A stretch of 64,000 bases of DNA from a virus (Duplodnaviria > Heunggongvirae > Uroviricota > Caudoviricetes). Location of the stretch: IMG/VR virus record IMGVR_UViG_3300031088_000793. One strand, given 5' to 3'. The translations under genes and the position numbers were made by a program. This document shows positions 19,230 through 28,220 of this stretch, piece by piece. How positions within the stretch are numbered: position 1 is the first letter of the stretch; the number at the start of each line of letters is the position of its first letter. The notes beneath the pieces are model-generated. The model was given only the letters and a program-made list of their open reading frames with translations, had not been told where the DNA came from and did not search any database.

Positions 19230-20060
19230 CTACACACCGGTGAGTCCGTCGATGGTCTGCTGGAGCCGAGGGAGCGCTACGCCCGTGCCGTAGATCCAGG
19301 AGTGGCCGGGGATCCTGCGAACTCCATAGGATCCGAGCTCCACTCCAGTCTCAGCGTCCACGATGTCCCAGGACAGCTCTCCCTGCTGCTCGATCCGGAC
19401 TTCCCGGTAGCGAGAGAGGAAGAGGAAGGCATCCTCGAGCACCGAGAGCACTCCCTCCACAGTTGGAGGCAGGATGCTGTCGAAGAGCTCAGTCTTTAGG
19501 AAGTAGGGGCTGTGGAGCTCATCGTGGGCCTCGTCCCGGAAGCAGGGCGTCGTGGCCTGAACCCGGCCCAGCTCGTCACCCGAGAGGAGCATGTCGATGA
19601 AGGACTGCTCAGCGCTTCCTACGAGGTAGCCTCCGAAGGTGGCGTAGGGATCCTTGCCCGCTGGGAGCGTCGAATCCATAGCCTCCCGGGAGATCACCCA
19701 GGGCACCGCGATGTCCTCGTAGCCGAGCTCTTCGTAGTGATCCTGAGCGTCCGCGATGATCCTGAAGTTGAAGCGAAGCCGGCGCCTGTAGTCCCTGGTG
19801 CCCACCACCTCTGGGGAGACAGTGGGTACCACCGAGGGCTCTGGGATCTGCTCCGAAGCCCCTCCTGAGACTGAAGGCGGTGAGATCGTGCTTCCAGCCG
19901 GCCGAGCGATGGGGTGGAAGTGGAGCTGAGCATAGACGATGCCGTGCTCCAGCCCGTGATTGTCGGAGCACCAGCGGCCTGCCTGGGGATCATCGGAAGC
20001 TGCTAGCCGAGCCCGGCTCTGGGCTTCGGATTCCGGTTCGAGTACTCCTCCGGGGGCCAT
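19230..20060 (-). CDS. class II aminoacyl-tRNA synthetase-like catalytic core (Ser/Pro/Thr-type, no tRNA-binding domain)
   Basis: LVGSAEQ, motif 2 TTPCFRDE...FLKTEL, ELGSYG, motif 3 GTGVALPRL. Confidence 0.75.
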   Translation of the reverse strand: MAPGGVLEPESEAQSRARLAASDDPQAGRWCSDNHGLEHGIVYAQLHFHPIARPAGSTISPPSVSGGASEQIPEPSVVPTVSPEVVGTRDYRRRLRFNFRIIADAQDHYEELGYEDIAVPWVISREAMDSTLPAGKDPYATFGGYLVGSAEQSFIDMLLSGDELGRVQATTPCFRDEAHDELHSPYFLKTELFDSILPPTVEGVLSVLEDAFLFLSRYREVRIEQQGELSWDIVDAETGVELGSYGVRRIPGHSWIYGTGVALPRLQQTIDGLTGV

Positions 20061-20347
20061 CAGCTCCTCCGTCCTGAGACGAAGGCCCGGGCAGTGATCG
20101 AGGAGAAGGTCTCCAGCTCATCGATGCCGATGGTGGGATGATGCTTCGCCAGGTAGGCCTTCAGGGCGCCGAAGAGGTCAGCGAGCTCTACGAGGGCCAT
20201 GAGCGACGAGCCCTGAGCCTCCGCATCCAGAGCCTCGAGCACTTCTTCGTAGATCTTGGAGAGCTCACCCAGCTCTCCCTTGGGGATGTGCCGGAGGTGG
20301 TATCCGGGATTCTCAACTACGGACAGGTGGGCAAGCGTTTCAGCCAT
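20060..20347 (-). CDS. MazG-like all-alpha NTP pyrophosphohydrolase-family protein
   Basis: KIYEEVLE...ELADL acidic motif; TGATG coupling to the aaRS-like gene. Confidence 0.6.
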   Translation of the reverse strand: MAETLAHLSVVENPGYHLRHIPKGELGELSKIYEEVLEALDAEAQGSSLMALVELADLFGALKAYLAKHHPTIGIDELETFSSITARAFVSGRRS

Positions 20348-20517
20348 GCTCTTTTCCTTTTCGTTGGGACACTATTCTATCGCAGCGCCGGGAAGCATGC
20401 TCTCAGCCTGGGGTCAGATTCCTGCCTCTGAGCCCAGAATTCCCCGGCGCGGTGTCGTTGCTGCGCCTCTGTCGCCGGGGCGCTCAGCGGGGCTCCTAGG
20501 GCCTTCTAGTGCGCCTT

Positions 20518-21597
20518 CTACGCCGACTGACGGAAGTCCAGGGAGTAGCCCGTGCTCACAGTGCGCTCGCCTCGACCCTGGTAGACACTGTTGCTGACCT
20601 TGACGGGGAAGCGCAAGTCAGCAGCCATCCGCTTCCAGCTCTTCTTAGCCTCGGGAGTCTGCAGCCCAGAGGCTCGGAGCGAAAGGCCCTGCTCAGCTTG
20701 CTTTCGAGCCATGAAGACATAGAGGGACGCTCCGAGCCCCTGCCCGCGGAGCTCATCCCGGTCGAGATTGATGTAGTCGATGAAGGGCTCAGCGAAGCCC
20801 GCTCCGTGGGCGTCGAGCCTGTCGGAGGCTTCCTTCTGGAGCCGGGAGAGCTCAGTGCGGAGCTCAGCCTCATCCATCGACATCGGCAGCCTGTCTGTGT
20901 AGGACCGGAGGTGGCTTTGGGCCTTACCCACGAACTCGACGAGCTTCTCCTTCGTGTCGAGCTCAGGGATGTCCACCCTAGCCCTGTCGAGCCCCACTGC
21001 GCTCTGCTCGGGGCTGTAGTTACCCTCAGGGTAGTGCAGATCCATGGCGTAGAAGGAATCCCGGTGGCGAGAGTAGCGGAGGCCTCTCCACTCGTCGGAG
21101 CCGTAGCTATCATTGAGCGCAGCTGGGCTGATGTGGGCAGCCTTCGCATAGGCTACGATCTCGCCTTTCCTCAGAGTACGGTAGGTGATCCGAGCTATCC
21201 GGTAGCCCTGCTCGATCTCTGAGGAGATGTCGTTAGCCTCCACAGAAGCCGCCTCCCAGACCACAGCGAGGGGTCCCAGGGGACTGTCTATGACGGCGAT
21301 GGCCTGGGGAGTGACTCCGAAGAACTCCTGCTGAAGCCGGGAGCTGATCTTCTTGATCCAGCGGGGCTGCTTGGAAAGGGGCTCCAGGGAGGCAGTGAGA
21401 GCGAGCTCTGTGGCTGGGCTCAGAGCAGGACCGTCTCCTACTCCGATGTCGGCGAGGAGCTCCTGCTGCCGCTCGTAGATCTTGCGAGCTTCCATGGGGT
21501 CAGCGTAGTGGTCACTCTCGCCGCCGAAGGGACAGGGCTTAGTCCGAGCCTTGCAGACTCCGGGATTGCCCGCCTCATTGATGTGGTACTTCGCCAT
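20518..21597 (-). CDS. N-terminal Cys/His module plus C-terminal GNAT-like domain
   Basis: KYHIN..GNPG.C...CPFGG..DHY; acetyl-CoA motif LRGQGLGASLY. Confidence 0.65.
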   Translation of the reverse strand: MAKYHINEAGNPGVCKARTKPCPFGGESDHYADPMEARKIYERQQELLADIGVGDGPALSPATELALTASLEPLSKQPRWIKKISSRLQQEFFGVTPQAIAVIDSPLGPLAVVWEAASVEANDISSEIEQGYRIARITYRTLRKGEIVAYAKAAHISPAALNDSYGSDEWRGLRYSRHRDSFYAMDLHYPEGNYSPEQSAVGLDRARVDIPELDTKEKLVEFVGKAQSHLRSYTDRLPMSMDEAELRTELSRLQKEASDRLDAHGAGFAEPFIDYINLDRDELRGQGLGASLYVFMARKQAEQGLSLRASGLQTPEAKKSWKRMAADLRFPVKVSNSVYQGRGERTVSTGYSLDFRQSA

Positions 21598-21630
21598 GGA
21601 CACCCCTTCTGGCAACTAGTAGAGCTGAAT

Positions 21631-22122
21631 TCAGCTGGCGTCGCGGAGAATGTCTCGGACTACGAAGTGGCTTAGGAGGAGCTTGTCCGTGGATGGCCTA
21701 TTGGGGGAGATCACTTCCTTGAGCTCATCCTTGGCTCCCTGGAAGGCGTCGAGGAGCTTCGGGTCCTGAGTGCTCTCCAGGAGAGCGCCGAAAGTATCGT
21801 TGAGGGCCTCGGCGTAGTTGGCGAGCTGGTAGCCGGTGAAGTCATCCGGGCGGCGCTTGATCTCCTCAAGCCTGTCGGCCATAGAGTTGAGGAAGTAATC
21901 TACACTAGACTGGGGAAGCTTAGGGCTCCAGGCAGGGGTTGCAGCTGCGGCTGTAGCCCCATCAGCAAATGTCTCCATCTGCCTCTCGTAGGCCTCCCGG
22001 GCTTCGGGCACGCTGGCATAGTGGTCGCTCTCGCCGCCGAAGGGGCAGGGCCTGCCGTTTACGGAACGGCCTGCGGAACAGACTCCGGGATTGCCTTCGC
22101 CGTTGATGTGGTACTTCTGCAT
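21631..22122 (-). CDS. protein with N-terminal Cys/His module
   Basis: Start refined to MQKYHIN (GAGGAG RBS). Confidence 0.75.
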   Translation of the reverse strand: MQKYHINGEGNPGVCSAGRSVNGRPCPFGGESDHYASVPEAREAYERQMETFADGATAAAATPAWSPKLPQSSVDYFLNSMADRLEEIKRRPDDFTGYQLANYAEALNDTFGALLESTQDPKLLDAFQGAKDELKEVISPNRPSTDKLLLSHFVVRDILRDAS

Positions 22123-22196
22123 GGTGTGCTCCTCTTCCTGCAGTTTTCTAACAAAGTAGGCAGCTGCAGGACCCAGGAGCGATTCTGCGCTAGACT

Positions 22197-22260
22197 GCGA
22201 TCTAAGCCCTGAGAGCCCCGGCACCGTGTCATCGTCGGACGACAGGCGCCGGGGCGCTCA
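22197..22260. repeat. dispersed intergenic hairpin element, copy 1
   Basis: Near-identical to 29360-29423. Confidence 0.7.
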
Positions 22261-22366
22261 GGGAGGTTCCTCGGGTCAGCTAGGCGGTTGCTAGCTCGGC
22301 CCTACTGCCGTAAGACATTAGAACCGATGCGGAACGCATTTCCCAATATCTAAAGAGGACGCTCCC

Positions 22367-22840
22367 ATGCCTAAGTTCCACATCACCGACGGCGGCGACC
22401 CCGCTATCTGCGAAGCCAAGCCCGGAAACTGCCCCAAGGGCGAAGACGCTCCCCACGGAGAGTTCGAGTCCCAGGAGGCAGCTCGCTCCTGGGCTGAGGA
22501 ATCCAACGCGAAGAAGTACGCTACCGTGCCCGAAGTTGAGAAGCCCAAGAGGACCAAGAAGAACAGGTTCGTCGAGAAGCTCAGCCCAGAGCAGGTCAAG
22601 GGCCTCGCCAAGGGCTTCGAGGAGCTCTACGAGAACTCGAAGTATGACGACATCAGCCCCGCTCGACTCGATAGGCTCTGGGAGGCCTCCGAGGACGCCA
22701 AGCTGTTCGACAAGATGGACGCTGAGGATAGGCTCAACTGGGCTCATAGGGCGGCGAATCTAACTGAAACGGTGTCCAATCACCACGACTCAATCGCCGT
22801 TGCGAAGATCTACGATGAGCTAGTCGACATGGGGAGCTAG
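22367..22840 (+). CDS. protein with N-terminal Cys/His module
   Basis: MPKFHITDGGDPAICEAKPGNCPKG...H. Confidence 0.75.
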   Translation: MPKFHITDGGDPAICEAKPGNCPKGEDAPHGEFESQEAARSWAEESNAKKYATVPEVEKPKRTKKNRFVEKLSPEQVKGLAKGFEELYENSKYDDISPARLDRLWEASEDAKLFDKMDAEDRLNWAHRAANLTETVSNHHDSIAVAKIYDELVDMGS

Positions 22841-22864
22841 CAGCTAGCGAAGCTCACAGACCGA

Positions 22865-22892
22865 AGCCGGGCACATTCTCTGTGCCCGGCTT
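22865..22892. terminator. hairpin between convergent genes
   Basis: AAGCCGGGCACA...TGTGCCCGGCTT. Confidence 0.7.
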
Positions 22893-22955
22893 TAGCTCTG
22901 TCAGGAGCAGGTCCCTGCGATTACTCTGTCACTCCAGAGAGACCCTCGGAGGAGG

Positions 22956-23249
22956 CTACTCGACGAAGCTGTAGTCCTTGACGACCACAGTGCGCTCAGT
23001 CTGCTCGACCTCCTTGAGGGGCTGGGGGTACTTGTAGACCTCGCCCTCGCCCATGTGGACAGCGAGCTCACCTCCGAAGAGCGTCCCCTCCTCGTCCTGA
23101 ACCACGAGGAGGTAGATCAGTCCGCCGTGGCTGTCGTGCTCCTGGGTGTCGTGGAGCGCTACGAAGCTCACGCCCACGATGTCAGCGTGCTCCTCCTGCT
23201 CGTAGAGCTCCCGCACAGTGCTCTCGTCGAGATTCAGTGTCTTAGCCAT
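22956..23249 (-). CDS. hypothetical protein
   Basis: Start refined to MAKTLNL. Confidence 0.7.
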   Translation of the reverse strand: MAKTLNLDESTVRELYEQEEHADIVGVSFVALHDTQEHDSHGGLIYLLVVQDEEGTLFGGELAVHMGEGEVYKYPQPLKEVEQTERTVVVKDYSFVE

Positions 23250-23304
23250 GGTGTTGCCCTTCTGTCTGTTGCCCTGTGGATGGAGTGGGATCGGAGCTCG
23301 AGGC

Positions 23305-24144
23305 TCAGACCTTCCACCAGCTGTCGGTGGGTGCAACGGGAGGCTGACGCTTGTGCTCAGTGGCTGCGTAGCGGCGCTCCAGGATCTCGGTCGAGTAGGG
23401 ATCGATCTCCTCGCCGCGGAGGAAGCCGTCGATCTGTGCGTAGCTCACGCCGAGGCTGTCCTCGTCGGGCTGGGCGGGGATGCCGTCGAGGAGGTCAGCA
23501 GTGGGAGCCTTCTCGTAGAGCCGAGCGGGAGCGTCGAGCTCCTTCAGCATGGCGGCACCCTGGGACTTCGTGAGACCCGAGAGGGGGAGCACATCGGCAG
23601 CGCCGTCGCCGAACTTGGTGAAGAAGCCAGTCACGGCCTCCGCAGCGTGGTCCGTGCCGATGACCAGGAGCTTGAGCTCTCCGGCGATGGCATACTGAGC
23701 CACCATCCGCATCCGGGCCTTGATGTTGCCCCGATGGAAGTCGGCCACATCGAAGCCCAGACCCTCGCTCACCGAGCTGGCGATGGCATCGACTCCGGGT
23801 GCCACATCGACCACGACGGTCGAGACGGGCTGGATGAAGGAGAGCGCGAGCTGAGCGTCCTCCTCATCCTTCTGCACACCGTAGGGGAGCCGAACGGCCA
23901 CGAAGTCGTAGGACTTGCTCTTGTCGCTCTCGTCGGCCTGGAGCCGCTCCACGGCGAGCTGTGCGAGCCTGCCAGCGAGGCTGGAGTCCTGGCCGCCGGA
24001 GATGCCGAGGACGAAGCCTCGAACTCCAGGGACCGAGCGAGCGTAGTCCACGAGGAAGGAGACCCGGCGCTCGATCTCCTCTCGGGGATCGATCTCGGGC
24101 TTCGAGCCCAGGGCTTCGATGATCTGATGCTGCAGTTCGCTCAT
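23305..24144 (-). CDS. nadE: ammonia-dependent NAD+ synthetase
   Basis: LGISGGQDS, RLPYGVQ.DE, GNIKARMRM, GTDHAAE..TGFFTKFGDG, KAPTADL, TEHKR. Confidence 0.95.
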   Translation of the reverse strand: MSELQHQIIEALGSKPEIDPREEIERRVSFLVDYARSVPGVRGFVLGISGGQDSSLAGRLAQLAVERLQADESDKSKSYDFVAVRLPYGVQKDEEDAQLALSFIQPVSTVVVDVAPGVDAIASSVSEGLGFDVADFHRGNIKARMRMVAQYAIAGELKLLVIGTDHAAEAVTGFFTKFGDGAADVLPLSGLTKSQGAAMLKELDAPARLYEKAPTADLLDGIPAQPDEDSLGVSYAQIDGFLRGEEIDPYSTEILERRYAATEHKRQPPVAPTDSWWKV

Positions 24145-24208
24145 TGCTGTGCTTCCTCTAGGGGACTCGGGTCAAGCTGTGGGCTATCGTAGTGAGAGCT
24201 TCGTTTCC

Positions 24209-24238
24209 ATGCTACACCGTTTCGCGCAGCGCTGTCAA
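24209..24238 (-). promoter_or_regulatory. nadE promoter
   Basis: TTGACA-18-TAGCAT. Confidence 0.6.
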
Positions 24239-24254
24239 CAGCTCCCCCGGCGGG

Positions 24255-24449
24255 CTACCTCGAAGTGAGCTCAGCATCAGCCTCGACGCCCCGGCACCTG
24301 TAGGTTGCGTCGTGACCACCTTCCGGAGTGGTCTCCATGTAGGTCCCGGGTGGGAACCAGCCCAGGGGCTCCTCCGCGCGCTTGGGCCAGTGGTGGACAA
24401 AGACATGGGTCCCGTGGACAGCTGTTTCGGGGCATTCCTTGACGAACAT
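24255..24449 (-). CDS. small Cys/His protein
   Basis: AAGGAG RBS; C...H..H...C pattern. Confidence 0.55.
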   Translation of the reverse strand: MFVKECPETAVHGTHVFVHHWPKRAEEPLGWFPPGTYMETTPEGGHDATYRCRGVEADAELTSR

Positions 24450-24493
24450 CGGTTCTCCTTAGTGGTCGTGGTGAGGTGGTTGGATGGATCGGC

Positions 24494-25429
24494 CTAGAGC
24501 TCTAGGACTCCGTAGGAACTCCGAGAGTAGGGGTATCCAGGACGCCCCTCTTCCTCCAGGGTGATGATGTCCCCGTCGAGGGTGAAGGTGAAGACCACTC
24601 CAGTGACATCGCGGAGCACGAAGTCCTTGCTCCGGAGCCCGAGGCCGTCGAAGAATCCCTGCAGATCATCCGGATACTGGCTAAGGAAGATCCGAAGGCT
24701 ATTGAGCTGGGATCTATCTGTGGCCCTGCCGTAGAGCGGATCCACTGAGGTAGCCAGGAGGCTGTAGGAGCTAGACCACTTCTCGAAGAAGCTGCCGCCA
24801 TCGCCGTTGGTGTGGTAGCGAGGGAGATTGAGCTCTCCGGCAGGTCTGCCTTCGATGAGCGCAGAGAGCTGGTCTTCGGTGATGGGGAGCAGCGTGAAGC
24901 GGTCCTGGATGTCAGTGTGACGAGCTATGCTCACTCCGAAGATCCCCAGCCGATCACCCTCGAGGAAGATCGTGTCCATGCCGGCGCCGATCCGTGCCCC
25001 GTAGTGATGGAGGAAGGGCTCCAGAGCTGGAGCGTCAGCACCGAGCAGTCCCCCGCGCTGCAGCACTCGATACTCCCAGATGTTCTCAGCTCCGGCATCT
25101 TCGAGGAGCTGTAGCCGTCTCCCGATCTCTCTGAGGAGGTCCCGGGTTCCGTCGAAGTGAGAGAGCCCCGCGGCCTTGATGGTGCTGAGATAGGCAGGGT
25201 TGCCGAAGTCGTAGCTGAGCTCAGGGTAGGCTGAGGAGTAGATGCTCTCCTCACCGATGAGCCGAAAGTGAGGGTAGAGCGCGGTGTACCTCTGAGCTGG
25301 AAATGCTGAGAAGGTCCGGAGCTCGTGGAGTGGCTCATCGACGGCCTTGAGCGCTGAGAGGTAGGAGAGACCGTGGGTCTCTGCGAAGTCCTTGGCTCGC
25401 TTCTTCAGTGCCTTGTTCGCTGTTGCCAT
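24494..25429 (-). CDS. RNA-leader-associated paralog A (basic helical N-terminus plus degenerate FtsK-like core)
   Basis: LK.RA..F...H..SY..AL.AVDEPLHELR and EPF.HHY motifs shared by four genes. Confidence 0.85.
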   Translation of the reverse strand: MATANKALKKRAKDFAETHGLSYLSALKAVDEPLHELRTFSAFPAQRYTALYPHFRLIGEESIYSSAYPELSYDFGNPAYLSTIKAAGLSHFDGTRDLLREIGRRLQLLEDAGAENIWEYRVLQRGGLLGADAPALEPFLHHYGARIGAGMDTIFLEGDRLGIFGVSIARHTDIQDRFTLLPITEDQLSALIEGRPAGELNLPRYHTNGDGGSFFEKWSSSYSLLATSVDPLYGRATDRSQLNSLRIFLSQYPDDLQGFFDGLGLRSKDFVLRDVTGVVFTFTLDGDIITLEEEGRPGYPYSRSSYGVLEL

Positions 25430-25602
25430 GGGGTTAGCCGATTCCGTGGTTCACTACCCTGCGCCTACCGAACCACTGTCTGCTGAGCTTGGCGGCATCT
25501 GTCTGTTGAAGTGGAGCAAGAGCGGCCGCCATCGAATAGCTGTCTGGAATGTGATCGACCCGCGCAGGGAGTCGAAACCAGGAGCCCGATCCGCAGGGCT
25601 CA
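25430..25602 (-). ncRNA. conserved structured RNA leader, copy A
   Basis: P1 GAGCCC/GGGCUC, CCUGCGC-GCGCAGG kissing loops, covarying stems; promoter TTGGAG-17-TAGCGT at 25609-25637. Confidence 0.75.
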
Positions 25603-25661
25603 CTGGCTACGCTATCACACTTCCAGCAGAGCTCCAAACAGCTGACGGACGATCTGAGTGC

Positions 25662-26558
25662 TCAGTCCCAGAGGAACATGTGCTCAGTGCTGCCGAACTC
25701 AAAGAGAGACTCTTCGTCCAGCGTGGCCGTAATGTGACTGCTGAAGTGCCTGAACTCGATCGTTCCGTCCGACAGATCGCGGAAGGTGAAGCCGAAGGGG
25801 TCGAGCCCTCTGGCTCTCATTTCTCCGTGGAGCTCATCGAGGTCTCTCCTGAAGAGGATGGCCATCTGTGGGAGATCGAAGCGGTTGTTCTTAGCCTTTG
25901 AGATAGCGAGCACGCTATAGCGATCAGTCCAGCAGTCAGGGCTGCTAGGATCATCGCTCTCCGCGCGTCTAAACCCCTCGATGGGACCTACGGGGGTGCC
26001 AGAGCTCAGCGCCGTGAGCTGCTCAGGAGTGACGGGGATGAAGCTGTGGCTATCCTGAATCTCTAGGAATCCGGACAGGTTGACGGGAATGAGCCCCAAT
26101 CTGCGGCCCATGGCATACATGGGAGCATAGGGCGACCTTAGCTCTTCGAAGTAGTGATGGAAGAACGGCTCGAGCTCCGGCTCATCTGGGCCCAGGATGC
26201 CGGAGCGCTGCAGCTCTCGATACTCCCAGTATGTCTCCAGACCCCTGTCCTTGAGGATCTGGTGGCGTCTAGCTGACTCCCCGATGAACTCCCAGAGACC
26301 CTTGAACTGACTCAGCTCATCGCCAGCCATGTAGGGCATTTCTAGCCCTCGAGCGCTGTAGACTGAGCCATAGCTACCCTGTTTGTCCACGACGCGGAAC
26401 ATCGTAGCGAAGTTGAAGTCCTGAGTCTGGGGAAGCTCCATGAGGTCGCGGAGCTCGTGGAGTGGCTCATCCACTGCCTTCAGCGCGACGGTGTAGGAGA
26501 CATCGTGCTTCGCTGCGAAGGCCTGTGCTCGACGCTTGAGCTTGTTGTTCTGTGCCAT
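25662..26558 (-). CDS. RNA-leader-associated paralog B
   Basis: Same motifs. Confidence 0.85.
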   Translation of the reverse strand: MAQNNKLKRRAQAFAAKHDVSYTVALKAVDEPLHELRDLMELPQTQDFNFATMFRVVDKQGSYGSVYSARGLEMPYMAGDELSQFKGLWEFIGESARRHQILKDRGLETYWEYRELQRSGILGPDEPELEPFFHHYFEELRSPYAPMYAMGRRLGLIPVNLSGFLEIQDSHSFIPVTPEQLTALSSGTPVGPIEGFRRAESDDPSSPDCWTDRYSVLAISKAKNNRFDLPQMAILFRRDLDELHGEMRARGLDPFGFTFRDLSDGTIEFRHFSSHITATLDEESLFEFGSTEHMFLWD

Positions 26559-26728
26559 GGGCTATGCCGTTCCATGGATCTCACCCTGCGCCTGCTGATC
26601 CACTTGACTGCTTGCCGGTAGGGCTACTGAACAATGGAGGTGGAGAGCGGCCGTCTACCGGGTAGCTGTCTGGATTGCTCCGAGCCCGCGCAGGGGGATC
26701 GAAACCAGGAGCCCGGACCGCGGACTCA
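26559..26728 (-). ncRNA. conserved structured RNA leader, copy B
   Basis: Same fold; -10 TAGCAT at 26734-26739. Confidence 0.75.
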
Positions 26729-26781
26729 CTCCCATGCTAACACACTGGAGTCAGTTCCGCGATCCGGGCTAGCTAGGTCGA

Positions 26782-27981
26782 TCAGCGACCGGCCTCGCTG
26801 GCTGCCGAGGGCCTAGTAGGCCTTTCGTCCCAGATATGAGGATTGTCCCACTCAAGCTGCAACCTCTCGGGTCCACCGTTGCGGCCACAGCCGTAGCAGG
26901 AGAAAAAGCCGCGAGGCTCACGCTCCGGGTAGATGACGAATCTGTCCCCGTTCTCCTCATGGAAGGGGCAGGCAGTAGAGATCTTGTTCTCATCATCCCT
27001 AGTAAGCGTGCCGTCGGACTCTCGCTCAAACTTCGCTCCGATGCTCTCGGCCACCTCCAGGATGGTGGGCCTCACGGGGAGCTCCTTTCCCCAGATGAGC
27101 ACACGCATGAGGCTATTGCTCAGAGAAGCGTCCAATTCGACCTCACGGCCTCTATGCTTGACTCGGAGGTGTGACTCTATGGCGCGAAGCTCCAGCTCTA
27201 GCTCAGAGATGTTCCTGAAATCAAAGTCGAGCGGATCAAGATCCCTGCTGCGAAGCTCTTCCTGGAGCGATGGTAGATCACCCTTAAAGAGCACAGAGAG
27301 CAATGACTGATGGCCATAAATGTCCTTGGCCCTGGAGGTAGCGAGTATGCTGAACCTATCCTCCCAATCAGCCCAGCCCTCGAGCTCAGCACCTACGATC
27401 TGAGTGAAGCGCTCGATGGCTCCCACGGGTTCGCCGTTACCGAGCGCCTGGAGCTGATCCTGGGTCACAGGTATGAACTTCTCACTCTCATCCCGGATAC
27501 CCATGAACTCTGTAGTGTTGACGGGATAGATCCCTGAGATACTCCCAAGGATGTGCTGTAGCGATCTGTAGGGACCATTGAGCCCCTCATCGTAGTGATG
27601 GAAGAAGGGCTCTAGAGCCTCAGCGTCGGCGTCTAGTAGTCCAGCTCTCCAAAGTTCCCTGTAGGCCCAGATGTTCTCTGTACCTGAGGCTTCGAGGAGG
27701 CCTTCCCTCCGTACGATCTCTTTGAGACACGCGATGGGGTTCTCAAAGGACGAAAGCCCTAGGTTCTTAGTTAGATCGTAGGAATCTACTCCAGGAAAAC
27801 CAGAGCCGTAGCTCCCTTGCCGGGGGACGATTCGAAAGCTGTGCGCTCCGTAGTAGCTGCGGCCGATGTCCCGGAGCTCGTGGAGGGGCTCATCCACCGC
27901 GCGGAGGGCCGTGCTGTAGCCCACAGCGTGCTTCTCCATGAAGGATCGAGCGGCTCGCTTGAGATTGGCGTTGTTGGTCAT
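26782..27981 (-). CDS. RNA-leader-associated paralog C with C-terminal CHC2-type zinc finger
   Basis: Family motifs plus CPFHEE...F.CYGCGRNG. Confidence 0.85.
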   Translation of the reverse strand: MTNNANLKRAARSFMEKHAVGYSTALRAVDEPLHELRDIGRSYYGAHSFRIVPRQGSYGSGFPGVDSYDLTKNLGLSSFENPIACLKEIVRREGLLEASGTENIWAYRELWRAGLLDADAEALEPFFHHYDEGLNGPYRSLQHILGSISGIYPVNTTEFMGIRDESEKFIPVTQDQLQALGNGEPVGAIERFTQIVGAELEGWADWEDRFSILATSRAKDIYGHQSLLSVLFKGDLPSLQEELRSRDLDPLDFDFRNISELELELRAIESHLRVKHRGREVELDASLSNSLMRVLIWGKELPVRPTILEVAESIGAKFERESDGTLTRDDENKISTACPFHEENGDRFVIYPEREPRGFFSCYGCGRNGGPERLQLEWDNPHIWDERPTRPSAASEAGR

Positions 27982-28153
27982 AGCTTAGCTCTTCCGTGGA
28001 TCCTCATCCTGCGCCTGCTGACCCACTCGTTGCTTAGCCTATGAGAAGGTGCCAAGGAACTGCTAGGGAAAGCGGTCGCCTATCCAATAGCTTCCCGGAC
28101 TCATCCGATCCCGCGCAGGGGGATCGAAAACCAGTAGCCCGACCGTGGGCTCA
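27982..28153 (-). ncRNA. conserved structured RNA leader, copy C
   Basis: Same fold; -10 TAGTGT at 28160-28165. Confidence 0.75.
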
Positions 28154-28220
28154 GAGTCCACACTATCATACTGGAGTCAATCTGCAAAGAGACCAGCGAC
28201 CGCTTTCCTCAGCTCAGCAC

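Noticed and set aside
23218-24192. Long opposite-strand ORFs (e.g. 23218..24192, 567..1235, 30669..31562, 46609..47517, 56688..57464, 62629..63525)
   Set aside because: Antisense shadows of real genes, expected in high-GC DNA; no RBS, promoter or motifs.
25565-25590. GGUUUCGACUCCC in the leaders resembles a tRNA T-arm or tmRNA 5' end
   Set aside because: No cloverleaf, acceptor stem, CCA or tag ORF; the bases are used in a different stem, and copy D lacks UUCGA.
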